Shown here: one piece after another, positions 48,039 through 58,050 of the stretch
Position numbering within the stretch: position 1 is the stretch's first letter
Layout of the letters: the number at the start of each line of letters is the position of its first letter
Assembly: GCA_003537645.1 (NCBI GenBank)
Contig: DPRM01000087.1
Span: forward strand, 36,592-100,591
Length of the DNA: 64,000 nt
Origin: Prolixibacteraceae bacterium
Lineage (GTDB): Bacteria; Bacteroidota; Bacteroidia; Bacteroidales; Prolixibacteraceae
Direction: 5' to 3'
Position numbers and translations under genes: made by a program
Notes under the pieces: generated by a model
What the model was told of the DNA's origin: nothing
Database searches by the model: none
The model's input: only the letters and a program-made list of their open reading frames with translations

Positions 48039-49763
48039 TTATCCATTTTTCAGTTTGCTGTGTTTAGCTCCGTACAAAAAGTAAATAAGCAGCCCTATCA
48101 GCAGCCAAATGCCAAAGCGGAACCAGTTTGTTACGCCTAGCTGGCTCATCAGGTAAAGGTTGGTTAAAAGGCCAAGAACCGGAATTAGCGACCATCTTTT
48201 TGTAACTGCCTGGTAAGTGATGATGATTGAAACGATACAAAATATCAGGAAAGGGAAATGATGCCGTATAATTCCAAATAAGCCGGAAGCCTCCTGATTG
48301 CCCGAAAACAGTTCCGTCATTCCGAATCCTGATTTCCAAACTACGAATAAAATAACTATCCACAAAGGTAACAGGTAGCGGCGGCTATCGGCATACGGCA
48401 CGCGAAATCCTTTTCCGTCGTGAGCCTGTTTGCCGGTTGGGTTAAGCGCAATTATTCCTCCTGAAACAAGGATGAATGCGAACAAAGTACCTATGCTGGT
48501 CAGGTCGGTAACCTCGGTCAGGTTCATGAAAAGCGAAGGAATGGCAACTACCAGTCCGGTAACAATTGTGGCAAAAGCCGGAGTCCTGAATTTAGGATGA
48601 AGCCTTGAAAATATTGGAGGCAGAAGTCCGTCGCGGCTCATACTCATCCAGATACGTGGCTGCCCTAGTTGGAAAACGAGCAACACGCTGGCCATTGCAA
48701 TAACTGCACCTGCAGCAATAATTCCTGAAAGTTTGGTGAGATGCAGCTGGTTAAAAACAAATGCCATCGGGTCGGAAACACCCAATTCGTAATAAGGAAC
48801 CATTCCGGTAAGCACCAGGCTAATCATCACATAAAGTACGGTAGTTATGAGCAGAGCGTAGAACATCGACAAGGGCAGGTCGCGACGCGGATTTTTACAT
48901 TCTTCAGCAGTTGTTGAAATAGCGTCGAACCCGATGTAGGCAAAAAATACTCCGGAAATGCCTTTCAAAACTCCTGAAATTCCATTGGGAGCGAAGGGAC
49001 TCCAGTTTTCGGGCTTCACATAAAAAGCGCCAATTCCTATTACCAAAAGCAGAATAGCCACCTTTAGTATTACAAAAAAGTTATTGGTAATGCGCGATTC
49101 CCTGATGCCGATATAGCAAATCCATGTAATTATAAACACGATCATAAGTGCCGGAATGTCGGCTATTATGTGGAATCCTCCAATTTGGGGAGAATTTGTC
49201 CATGCCGAAAAAGCATCGCGGATGGCGGGTGAAAGCTCGGCAAAAGGAGTTCCGCCATTTATTGCAGTTACAGCTACCTCGTATCCGCGGGAGGCCGTCA
49301 GGTAATCGGTTGAAAGAAATTCTGGAATATTTAAGCCCAGTCCGGCCATTAATCCGGTAAAATAGCCCGACCACGAAATTGCTACGGCGATGTTGCCAAT
49401 CGCGTATTCCATAATCAGGTCCCAGCCGATAATCCATGCGATGAGTTCGCCAAAACTGGCATAAGCATAAGTGTAAGCGCTTCCGCTGATAGGAATTGAG
49501 GCTGCAAATTCGGCATAACACATGGCCGATAATCCGCAGGCAATGGCAGTAAACACGAAAAGTAGGGTAACGGCTGGGCCTCCGCTGGCCGCCGCATTGC
49601 CTATTGTACTGAAAATTCCGGCTCCGATAATGGCTGCAACGCCTAGTGCCGTGAGGTCGAAAACCCGCAGGTTGCGCTTCATACCGCCGGTACTTTCAGG
49701 CGCCGAATCGGCATCACTTAATATGTGCGAAATGGATTTCTTGCGAAACAGGTTTTCAAACAT
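48039..49763 (-). CDS. APC-family amino acid permease (cationic amino acid transporter-like)
   Basis: GAGIF, GPAV, YAEFA, GSAYTY, GWDLIMEY, FFAYIGFDA, QPRI..MSRDGLLP. Confidence 0.92.
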   Translation of the reverse strand: MFENLFRKKSISHILSDADSAPESTGGMKRNLRVFDLTALGVAAIIGAGIFSTIGNAAASGGPAVTLLFVFTAIACGLSAMCYAEFAASIPISGSAYTYAYASFGELIAWIIGWDLIMEYAIGNIAVAISWSGYFTGLMAGLGLNIPEFLSTDYLTASRGYEVAVTAINGGTPFAELSPAIRDAFSAWTNSPQIGGFHIIADIPALMIVFIITWICYIGIRESRITNNFFVILKVAILLLVIGIGAFYVKPENWSPFAPNGISGVLKGISGVFFAYIGFDAISTTAEECKNPRRDLPLSMFYALLITTVLYVMISLVLTGMVPYYELGVSDPMAFVFNQLHLTKLSGIIAAGAVIAMASVLLVFQLGQPRIWMSMSRDGLLPPIFSRLHPKFRTPAFATIVTGLVVAIPSLFMNLTEVTDLTSIGTLFAFILVSGGIIALNPTGKQAHDGKGFRVPYADSRRYLLPLWIVILFVVWKSGFGMTELFSGNQEASGLFGIIRHHFPFLIFCIVSIIITYQAVTKRWSLIPVLGLLTNLYLMSQLGVTNWFRFGIWLLIGLLIYFLYGAKHSKLKNG

Positions 49764-49852
49764 TATTCTGAAATAAGGGTCGGGTAAAAATAACTAAAAA
49801 TTCAGTTGCATATAAACTGCCTGCCCATTTATCCCGACATTATTGAACAACC

Positions 49853-50575
49853 TTACAATTCTGTTTCTAAGGCCAGTAGCCGTTTATAGTGGTTTTCAAG
49901 GTGTCGTCGCATGGCTTTGCGGAATTTATCTGCATCGCGCAACCTCAATACTTCAACAAGTTCAGTATGCGACACATATTTTTTATCGGCAATGGTTTTG
50001 TCAATTAATCCACTGGTATATACATAATTGAACGCAGGCAGAAGCATTCGCTGGAATCCTTTGAGCGTTTCGTTTCTGGTAATCTCATACAATTTACCAT
50101 GAAATTGTATTTCATAATCAACATCGAAAAGGGTGTTCGATGATGGCGATATTTCGTTCTGAACGATTGAATGAAGCGCTTCAATGTCTTCATCGGTGGC
50201 ACGGTTCACCACCAGATCGGCCATTCCGACCTCAATTACCAGTCTCATTTCAAAAACATCTTTCAATGTTCCTTCATCCAAAATTCTTGGAATCATCGAT
50301 TTCTGCAATATAGACGATAAATCAGGACTTTTGATTACCGTCCCCTTGTGCTTTTTTGATTCAATCAGCCCCATTGTTTTCAGTCGGTTCAACGATTCGC
50401 GAATGACAGTCCGGCTGACTCCCATTGCTTCCGAAAGTTCCAGTTCCTTTGGGATCGGATCGCCCGGGTTCAGCTTTCGGCTAATGAAAATATCTATCAG
50501 GTTCATCTCTACTTTGTCAACCAGACTTCTTGTATCCACCAACTTGATTGATTGTTTCATGTCATTTATATCCAT
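49853..50575 (-). CDS. GntR/FadR-family transcriptional regulator (divergent from the sialic-acid PUL)
   Basis: PGD.IP.E.EL...MGVSR.VIRE HTH and FCD domain (R..IE, FH..L, H, HL). Confidence 0.9.
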   Translation of the reverse strand: MDINDMKQSIKLVDTRSLVDKVEMNLIDIFISRKLNPGDPIPKELELSEAMGVSRTVIRESLNRLKTMGLIESKKHKGTVIKSPDLSSILQKSMIPRILDEGTLKDVFEMRLVIEVGMADLVVNRATDEDIEALHSIVQNEISPSSNTLFDVDYEIQFHGKLYEITRNETLKGFQRMLLPAFNYVYTSGLIDKTIADKKYVSHTELVEVLRLRDADKFRKAMRRHLENHYKRLLALETEL

Positions 50576-50850
50576 TGCAGGTAAATTGAGTATGTTAATT
50601 GTTTTTTTGAATCCCTCGATTTAGGAGGTAAACTTAGGTTAAAATAGATTTCAAAAATTAAAAATGTTTTCCTGAAATAAAATTTCTCTTCAAAGGCATC
50701 ATTTTTTTTGATTTTAAAAATCACCAAATCCATTGTCAGACGTAATACTTAATTGAATAATCCATAATATTTCATCGGACATCTTTGATAATGAGCAATT
50801 TTTTTGTTCCAACAAACTCAAAAAATATTTTGAAATGAAAAATTAATCTT

Positions 50851-50885
50851 TACATTTGTGGTGTCTTATGTCCTACATAAGACAC
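50851..50885 (+). promoter_or_regulatory. susC promoter -7 box plus perfect palindromic operator
   Basis: TACATTTG (50851-50858), then GTGTCTTATGT-CCT-ACATAAGACAC (50861-50885). Confidence 0.75.
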
Positions 50886-50920
50886 AGAATTTAAGCAAAT
50901 GTAACAAAAACTTTATTCGT

Positions 50921-53900
50921 ATGAAAAAGCTGATTCCAAAATTGCTGTTTTTAAATTTATTTGTTCTGCTGGTACTTTTTAGCAGTAGTATTTCTGCTCA
51001 GCAAAAAGTAACCGGTATTGTGACCGATGCTGCAGACGGAACTCCAATTCCTGGTGTTGCTGTGGTAGTTGAGGGTACATCAGTCGGAACGCTTACCGAT
51101 TTTGATGGAAATTATTCAATTGAAATTCCATCAGGAAGTAACAAATTGGTATTCTCAATGATTGGTTTTGCCAATCAAATTATTGCAGTAGGAACTTCTT
51201 CCACGATCAATGTCGTTTTGGTAACTTCCAATACAGCCATCGATGAGGTAGTAGTCGTTGGGTATGGTACTCAAACCAGAAGTAAGGTAACTTCATCGAT
51301 TGCAAAAGTTGATATGAAGTTATTGGAAACAGGTATGCGTTCGAACCCTGCACAGGCCCTGGCTGGTACAGTTTCTGGTTTGAGAGTGGTAACTGCAACC
51401 GGAAGACCCGGGTCATTGCCTGCAATCGTTTTAAGGGGCGGAACCAATTTCGACGGTTCAGGCAGCCCGCTTATCATTATGGATGGGCAGATTCGCGGTT
51501 CGTTGAGCGACATCAATCCTGAAGAAATTGAAAGTATGGAAGTATTAAAGGATGCTTCGGCAACGGCCATTTATGGTGCGCGCGCAAGCAACGGTGTAAT
51601 TCTGATTACTTCAAAGAAAGGTAAAGCGGGTGTTTCAACGATTACGGTAAAGGTGAAACACGGTACAAATTACCTGAATACGCCTTATGATTTTGTGGAT
51701 GCCGAAAACTACATTAAATGGGCACGTCTGGGCGCTGAACAGGCCATTAAAAACGGAACATTGGCTGCCGGTAATTTGGCTGGCGCAGGCCCCAGAGGAA
51801 CTGGCAATGTTTACAAAGATGCAGCAGGCAATATTATAGATGGAAATTACGACTCGAGAGCAATCTGGAGTGTGATGCGGCTGGATGCCAACAATCAGGA
51901 ATTATTAAGTCAGCCGGGTTGGAAACAAATGAAAGACGTGGTTAAAACGGCAGCCAACGGAAATTACGATCCGAATGGAACCATCTACGATTTGATTTAC
52001 AAAGATTTCAATTACGGCGATTACGGGTTAAATAAAACCGCACAGACACAGGATTATAACATCGGTTTTACCGGTGGTAACGATCGTGGTAAATATTTTG
52101 CCAATCTGGGTTACTACGATGAAGGTGGTTTATCGCTCGAAACTTTCTATAAAAGACTCAATTTTGTATTTAACGGCGACTACAAAATTAAAGACTGGCT
52201 GACTTCTGAAAGTGGAGTTCAGTTTACAATGGCCAAATGGAAAGATCAATCGCTGCAAAATGGTGAATCGAACTATTGGGCACGTATGCTTTCGGCTCCT
52301 CCAACCATGCGGGGAACCAATGCAAAAGGCGAATTGTTGCTTGGCCGCGACAACAGTGACGGTAATCCTGCTTACAATGCTGATAAATATTTCAGAGGCA
52401 ATCAATCCGATAAATTTACATTGAATCAGGCTTTTAAGGTTGATCTTGCAAAAGGTTTTTATGTAAAAGCCACCGGAATTGTAATGTACGATGAATCGTT
52501 TATCGAAGCTTTCAATAAAGATTTCCGCACAGGCGTGATGAACCTTAACAATGTAAATACCGGCTGGAACAGAACAAGATCAACTTCGGCCTATTTTGAC
52601 CGCACTGTTCGTCAAACTTATAATGCCATCGCGAATTATCAGACAAAATTAATGGAAAAGCATAGTATTTCAGCCATGGCCGGTTTTGAGTTTTACGATG
52701 CATATAACTACGGAGTATCAGCTTCAGGTTCGGGCGCCCCAACCGACGATTTCAGGGATCTTGGTCTAACACTGAACAACGCCGAGCAACAAACCCGGTC
52801 AACCGATTCGTGGCACGTGAGGGAAAGAATACTATCGCAGTTTGGTCGTTTAAATTACGATTACAACGAAAAATATCTCCTGGCATTTACTGTCCGCAGA
52901 GATGGTTACTCAAGATTAATTGGCGACAATCAGTATGGCGTTTTCCCTGCTGCATCAGCCGGATGGCTTGTTACAAAGGAAGATTTCATGAAGTCGGCCC
53001 CCAAATGGCTCTCGTATATGAAATTGAGAAGCAGTTGGGGTAAAAATGGTAATGTTGGCGGAATTGGTACTTACGAATTGCAAGGTTCGTATGGTTCACA
53101 AACTGCCTACAACGGAACGATCGGATTTTTACAGAGTGGTATTGCAAACCCCAAATTGAAATGGGAAAAAACAAATACCGTTGAGGTTGGGGCCGATGTG
53201 GGCTTCTTCGAAAACCGGATTTACACCTCAATGGCTTTCTACAACAGAATTACTGATGACAAAATTGCCAGTGTTTTGCTGCCAACTTCATCGGGTATTT
53301 CAAGTGTTCGCACCAACAATGGTAGCATGAAAAACACAGGATTCGAGATTGAAGTAACCGGAAAAATCGTCCAGAAGAAAGATTTCAAATGGCAGGTTAG
53401 TGGCAACGCTTCATGGAATAAAAACACGGTTCTGAAACTTCCTTTCAACGGAAATGAAAACAATCGTCAAGGCGGTCAGCAGATTTACGATCCGGCAACA
53501 AAGAAAACTGTTTGGGTTGGTGGTTTGCAGGAAGGTCAGGAATGGGGAAGTGTTTATGGATTTGTTAGCGAAGGCCTCATCAGGAATACTGAAGATTTAG
53601 CCAATTACAACAAGGTTGACCTTGCGGCAGGACAGGTTTGGTACAATGCCAGCGCCGGAAAACGGGTTGCCAGTCAGAAAATTATGACTGCAAAAGGCCT
53701 GAATCTGGCCAATGGTTGGATTCCTACCCAAATGGGCGATGTAATGTGGAAAGACGTTGACCAGAACGACACCATCGATACCAGGGACATGGTTAAGCTT
53801 GGACGCGAGATACCTCGCCTGACCGGAGGTTTCACCACTACCTTAAGCTATAAAAGATTTACATTCGTGGCCCGCGTTGATTTTGGTATCGGACATATTC

Positions 53901-54298
53901 AACAGGATCTGATGCATTTGTGGGCTTTGAGCTGTGCTCAGGGCGAATTTGCACCAACAACTGCAGTGTACGACACATGGACTGTTGATAACCCGAATGC
54001 ATCTCTTCCAAGGTACCAATGGGCCGATCAATTGAATACCAAGAACTACGACAGGCCGAGCAGCATGTTCTGGAAGAAATCAGATTACCTTTCATTCCGC
54101 GAAGTGTCGTTAAGCTACAGTGTTCCAACCGAACTATTGAAAAAAGCTAAAATCGGAGGGCTGGTATTGACTGCTACAGGGCAGAATCTTGGATATTTAA
54201 CCAATAAAATGCTGAACTTCCCTGAACGTACCGGAAATCAAAATGGTGCATACATTATACCAACACAATTGATTTTTGGTGCTGATATTACTTTTTAA
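50921..54298 (+). CDS. susC: SusC/RagA TonB-linked outer membrane transporter
   Basis: DEVVVVGYG, INPEEIESMEVLKDASATAIYGARASNGVILITSKKG, NPKLKWEKT, C-terminal Phe. Confidence 0.95.
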   Translation: MKKLIPKLLFLNLFVLLVLFSSSISAQQKVTGIVTDAADGTPIPGVAVVVEGTSVGTLTDFDGNYSIEIPSGSNKLVFSMIGFANQIIAVGTSSTINVVLVTSNTAIDEVVVVGYGTQTRSKVTSSIAKVDMKLLETGMRSNPAQALAGTVSGLRVVTATGRPGSLPAIVLRGGTNFDGSGSPLIIMDGQIRGSLSDINPEEIESMEVLKDASATAIYGARASNGVILITSKKGKAGVSTITVKVKHGTNYLNTPYDFVDAENYIKWARLGAEQAIKNGTLAAGNLAGAGPRGTGNVYKDAAGNIIDGNYDSRAIWSVMRLDANNQELLSQPGWKQMKDVVKTAANGNYDPNGTIYDLIYKDFNYGDYGLNKTAQTQDYNIGFTGGNDRGKYFANLGYYDEGGLSLETFYKRLNFVFNGDYKIKDWLTSESGVQFTMAKWKDQSLQNGESNYWARMLSAPPTMRGTNAKGELLLGRDNSDGNPAYNADKYFRGNQSDKFTLNQAFKVDLAKGFYVKATGIVMYDESFIEAFNKDFRTGVMNLNNVNTGWNRTRSTSAYFDRTVRQTYNAIANYQTKLMEKHSISAMAGFEFYDAYNYGVSASGSGAPTDDFRDLGLTLNNAEQQTRSTDSWHVRERILSQFGRLNYDYNEKYLLAFTVRRDGYSRLIGDNQYGVFPAASAGWLVTKEDFMKSAPKWLSYMKLRSSWGKNGNVGGIGTYELQGSYGSQTAYNGTIGFLQSGIANPKLKWEKTNTVEVGADVGFFENRIYTSMAFYNRITDDKIASVLLPTSSGISSVRTNNGSMKNTGFEIEVTGKIVQKKDFKWQVSGNASWNKNTVLKLPFNGNENNRQGGQQIYDPATKKTVWVGGLQEGQEWGSVYGFVSEGLIRNTEDLANYNKVDLAAGQVWYNASAGKRVASQKIMTAKGLNLANGWIPTQMGDVMWKDVDQNDTIDTRDMVKLGREIPRLTGGFTTTLSYKRFTFVARVDFGIGHIQQDLMHLWALSCAQGEFAPTTAVYDTWTVDNPNASLPRYQWADQLNTKNYDRPSSMFWKKSDYLSFREVSLSYSVPTELLKKAKIGGLVLTATGQNLGYLTNKMLNFPERTGNQNGAYIIPTQLIFGADITF

Positions 54299-54331
54299 TC
54301 AGGAATTACAACATTATATAAATAGAGGGTT

Positions 54332-55897
54332 ATGAAAAAGATAAAATATTTAATACTGGCGGCAATGATAGCATTTACCGTCACCTCATGTCAGGAAACA
54401 CTTGATCTTGCTCCGGAAGATTATTTCGGTGACGGGAACTTCTGGCAGAATGAATCACAGGTTTCCAACTTTATGGTTGGTATTCACAAGCAGCTTCGAG
54501 ACAATCAGTTTATGTTTGTGCGGTTGGGTGAAATGCGTTCGGGTAATTACAGCAATGTTGATCGCCAGAATACATCTTTGAATGAATTGCAGATTATCGA
54601 GCAGCGCATTGACGAAAATTCAACAGGAGTTGGATCATGGGCTGGATTTTACGGTCCGATTTTGCAGTTGAATCTTTTTATCCAAAAGACAGAAGCTGCA
54701 ACATTCCTGACAGCCGATAAGAAGAACTATCTTTTGGGTCAGGCTTTTGGGTTGAGAGCGTTCTATTATTTCCATTTACTACGCACCTACGGCGGAGTAC
54801 CTCTTCGTCTGGAGCCTGAAGTATTGAACGGAAATACCGATCCGGTACTTTTGCGCAAAGCCAGAGCCACCGAAGCCGAAACTTTGGCAGCAATCAAGGC
54901 TGACATTGCCAAATCAGTAACTGCATTTGGTGCATTAGCAAGTCCGGCAGGGAAAAGCCAGTGGAGTCCGAAAGCCACTTTGATGCTGAAAGGCGAAGTT
55001 TATTTATGGTCGGCAAAAGTATATGGCACAACTGCTGACTTAGCTGAAGCAAAATCAGCGCTGAATGCCATTACAGGAAGCACATTGCAGACAAGTTTTG
55101 CCAATGTATTCGCCTATAACCAAAAAGACAATTCAGAAATTATCCTGAATATCCGCTATCTGGTTGGCGAAGCCGAGATGGGCGGAGTTGCAGCATACAC
55201 CTATTCAACATTCAATTTCGACAACCTGCATTACAAAGATTCGCTGGCAAGCGGTGCTTTGCTCGTCGATCCGTTGGTGATTGCAGCTCCGAATTCGCAG
55301 CAGATCATTCAGCGCTACGGTTATACTTTTGAGTTGTTTAAAGCCTACGATGTGGCCGATAAAAGAAGAGACGTTACTTTCTATGATTATTATAAAGTAA
55401 CCAAAACTCCTTATAAAGTTGATGTTCGAAATACCGCACTGGTTAAATTTCTCGGAACGATTAGCGCCAACAAACGCTATTTTACCAGCGATTGGCCCAT
55501 TTACCGCGAAGCCGACAGAGTGCTGATGCTGGCAGAAATTGCGAATGCTGAAGGAGGCGATCCTTCCAGCTACATCAAGCAAATTCGCGACCGTGCTTTT
55601 GCACCGGCTACCGATCCAACTCCGTTTGTCAATTCAACCAAAGACAAAAACGAATTGGCTATTTATTCAGAAAGGATGAAAGAGTTTGTTTTTGAAGGCA
55701 AATCGTGGTACGATCTACGAAGAATGAAATACGGCTCCGATCCATTGGTATTCAAAAGTACCAATCACAGATATGGCGTTTTAGACAAAGCCACCAAATC
55801 GCACATGATTTTATGGCCGATCGAAAAAGCGATCTGGACGAATGATCCGCTGGTAAATCAAACGCCAGGTTATGCAACTGCAAAACCAGCCAATTAA
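54332..55897 (+). CDS. susD: SusD/RagB lipoprotein (NanU-like)
   Basis: Lipobox VTSC, LRAFYYFHLLRTYGGVP, YREAD..LMLAE, ER.KEFVFEGKSWYDLRR, QTPGY. Confidence 0.93.
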   Translation: MKKIKYLILAAMIAFTVTSCQETLDLAPEDYFGDGNFWQNESQVSNFMVGIHKQLRDNQFMFVRLGEMRSGNYSNVDRQNTSLNELQIIEQRIDENSTGVGSWAGFYGPILQLNLFIQKTEAATFLTADKKNYLLGQAFGLRAFYYFHLLRTYGGVPLRLEPEVLNGNTDPVLLRKARATEAETLAAIKADIAKSVTAFGALASPAGKSQWSPKATLMLKGEVYLWSAKVYGTTADLAEAKSALNAITGSTLQTSFANVFAYNQKDNSEIILNIRYLVGEAEMGGVAAYTYSTFNFDNLHYKDSLASGALLVDPLVIAAPNSQQIIQRYGYTFELFKAYDVADKRRDVTFYDYYKVTKTPYKVDVRNTALVKFLGTISANKRYFTSDWPIYREADRVLMLAEIANAEGGDPSSYIKQIRDRAFAPATDPTPFVNSTKDKNELAIYSERMKEFVFEGKSWYDLRRMKYGSDPLVFKSTNHRYGVLDKATKSHMILWPIEKAIWTNDPLVNQTPGYATAKPAN

Positions 55898-55942
55898 GTG
55901 AACTTTCGCGAGTTTAGTTTATAAATTTGGTTAAAAGCCAAT

Positions 55943-55972
55943 GAGTAAGGGCCTGGAAACAGGCTCTTACTT
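55943..55972 (+). terminator. Hairpin after susD (partial terminator or mRNA stabiliser)
   Basis: GAGTAAGGGCCTG-GAAA-CAGGCTCTTACTT followed by AATTTT. Confidence 0.6.
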
Positions 55973-56042
55973 AATTTTCATTTCCAAATAGATTATATTT
56001 AGAAAGTCTGAATACATTTTACTATTCGGTGCTGATTTCACC

Positions 56043-57719
56043 ATGCAACTAAAACAATCCGCTATGACAATCCTGAATACTTTATTGCTTTTTTTACTTC
56101 TGCTTACTTCGCCACAGTGTAAAAAAGATGGCGACATGGTTACCAATGCAGCCAGCGTAAATCCGGCAGAATTAAAACAAACCCACTTGCCGTTAAACGC
56201 CGGAGTTGAAAATACCGGAGTTATGGAATTGCAATTCACTGTCACTCCTGAAAAAAGGCCAGTGATCTTGAATCAGATCGAAATTTCATTTTCTGATGAC
56301 AGCAGGTTTTCAGGAGTCGCTTCAATTTCAGTAAAATATATCGGAGCAATAAATGGTTCGGATACCAGTGCTTTATTTGGTACATCGAAAAATCCGGGTC
56401 AAAAAACAAAAATTTCCGGAACCCGCGAATTGGGCACCGGCATCCATTTCCTGAAATTTGATTTCGGGATGAATGTCAACCCTGATTTACTTACCCGTTT
56501 TCAGGTTGAAAAAGTGAAGCTGTCGTTCAAAAATCATGATGCGATTGAAGTTTCTCCTTCCGGAAAATTCATCTTCCGACCTAAAATGGTGCTGAGGGCT
56601 GCCGGTCAGGACAAGACAGATACTTACCGTATCCCGGGACTAGTTACAACCAGCAAAGGGACGTTGATTGCCGTTTACGACAACCGTTACAACAACAGCA
56701 AAGACCTTCAGGAAGACATTGACATCGGCATGAGCCGCAGTACCGATGGCGGCCAAACATGGCAACCCATGAAAGTAATCATGGACATGGGTGAATATGG
56801 TGGTCGTTCGCAACGGTTGAACGGAATTGGCGATCCGTGCGTACTTTACGACGACAAAACGAATGCAATATGGGTGGCAGCGCTCTGGATGAGTGGTTCT
56901 GCTCCTGATAAAATGCTGTGGTGGGCTTCGAAACCCGGAATGAACCCTGAAGAAACCGGTCAGTTTATTTTAACGAAAAGTACCGACGATGGCCTTACCT
57001 GGTCGCAACCCATCAATATTACAGAACAAATTAAAACTCCGGCGTGGCAGTTGCTTCTGCAAGGCCCCGGTCGCGGAATAACCATGACTGACGGAACGCT
57101 GGTTTTCCCGGCACAGTTCAAAGCCGATTTGGGAACGAAAGCCTTGGACGGCGGACAATTTACCTGCCATTCGACCATTGTTTACAGCAAAGATCAGGGA
57201 AACACCTGGCAAATTGGAACCGGAGCAAAATCGAACACCACCGAAGCGCAGGTGGTTGAATTGGCAGATGGCAGCCTGATGCTGAACATGCGCGACGATC
57301 GCAACCGCACCGACAAAGGCGAAACAAACGGCAGGGCAGTGGCTATAACAACCGATCTGGGAAAAACATGGACGACGCATAAATCGTCAAATTCTGCCCT
57401 TCAGGAACCCAACTGCATGGCAAGCATCATCAGCGCTAATCTCGAAATCAACGGAAAAATGCAACAAGTGCTGTTTTTCTCTAATCCCGACAGCAAAACA
57501 GAGCGCAGCCACATGACCATAAAAGCCAGTCTCGACGGCGGTTTAACCTGGCCTCAAACCTATCAGGTTGAGCTAAATTCTGAAAGCGGTTATGGTTATT
57601 CGTGCATGAGCATGGTAGATGATAAAACCATCGGAATTCTATACGAGGGAGTGAAAGAGCTTTATTTTCAGAAAATACCGATTTCTGATTTGTTGGGAAA
57701 TCTGATTAAAAAACAATAA
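56043..57719 (+). CDS. nanH: GH33 sialidase
   Basis: YRIP motif and Asp-boxes SRSTDGGQTW, STDDGLTW, SKDQGNTW, TTDLGKTW, SLDGGLTW. GYGYS near the C-terminus. Confidence 0.93.
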   Translation: MQLKQSAMTILNTLLLFLLLLTSPQCKKDGDMVTNAASVNPAELKQTHLPLNAGVENTGVMELQFTVTPEKRPVILNQIEISFSDDSRFSGVASISVKYIGAINGSDTSALFGTSKNPGQKTKISGTRELGTGIHFLKFDFGMNVNPDLLTRFQVEKVKLSFKNHDAIEVSPSGKFIFRPKMVLRAAGQDKTDTYRIPGLVTTSKGTLIAVYDNRYNNSKDLQEDIDIGMSRSTDGGQTWQPMKVIMDMGEYGGRSQRLNGIGDPCVLYDDKTNAIWVAALWMSGSAPDKMLWWASKPGMNPEETGQFILTKSTDDGLTWSQPINITEQIKTPAWQLLLQGPGRGITMTDGTLVFPAQFKADLGTKALDGGQFTCHSTIVYSKDQGNTWQIGTGAKSNTTEAQVVELADGSLMLNMRDDRNRTDKGETNGRAVAITTDLGKTWTTHKSSNSALQEPNCMASIISANLEINGKMQQVLFFSNPDSKTERSHMTIKASLDGGLTWPQTYQVELNSESGYGYSCMSMVDDKTIGILYEGVKELYFQKIPISDLLGNLIKKQ

Positions 57720-57759
57720 TGGTATTAAGGTTTGAAGGCAGTTGGTGAAGATTGAAATC

Positions 57760-57900
57760 GAAATGTTTCGTACCTACGGCACTCCAGATTTTGCTACTAT
57801 TCGTTGTTCTACAAATATTTCGTGCCTCTGGCACTTATTCGGTCTAACCGGGCGAAACGCCTAATTGGCTCTTGCTCCAGAGGAGCAAAATATTTTTAGA
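57760..57900. repeat. Cluster of three REP-like copies (two direct, one inverted)
   Basis: GAAATGTTTCGTACCTACGGCAC; TCTACAAATATTTCGTGCCTCTGGCAC; GCTCCAGAGGAGCAAAATATTTTTAGA. Confidence 0.7.
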
Positions 57901-58050
57901 AAAAAGAAATAGATGATGACAGTCGTCCGTGGAACATCGTTGAACAAGGCTTTGGCCTACTTTCGGACGAAACAGCATTGATCCATAAAAAAAATAGTTA
58001 TATCAGAGATTTAACTACCAAAGTAGGCCACTAAAGATAAAAAATAAAAA

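Noticed and set aside
23809-57900. CRISPR array
   Set aside because: The repeats are isolated palindromes or microsatellites with no repeat-spacer periodicity, and there are no cas genes.
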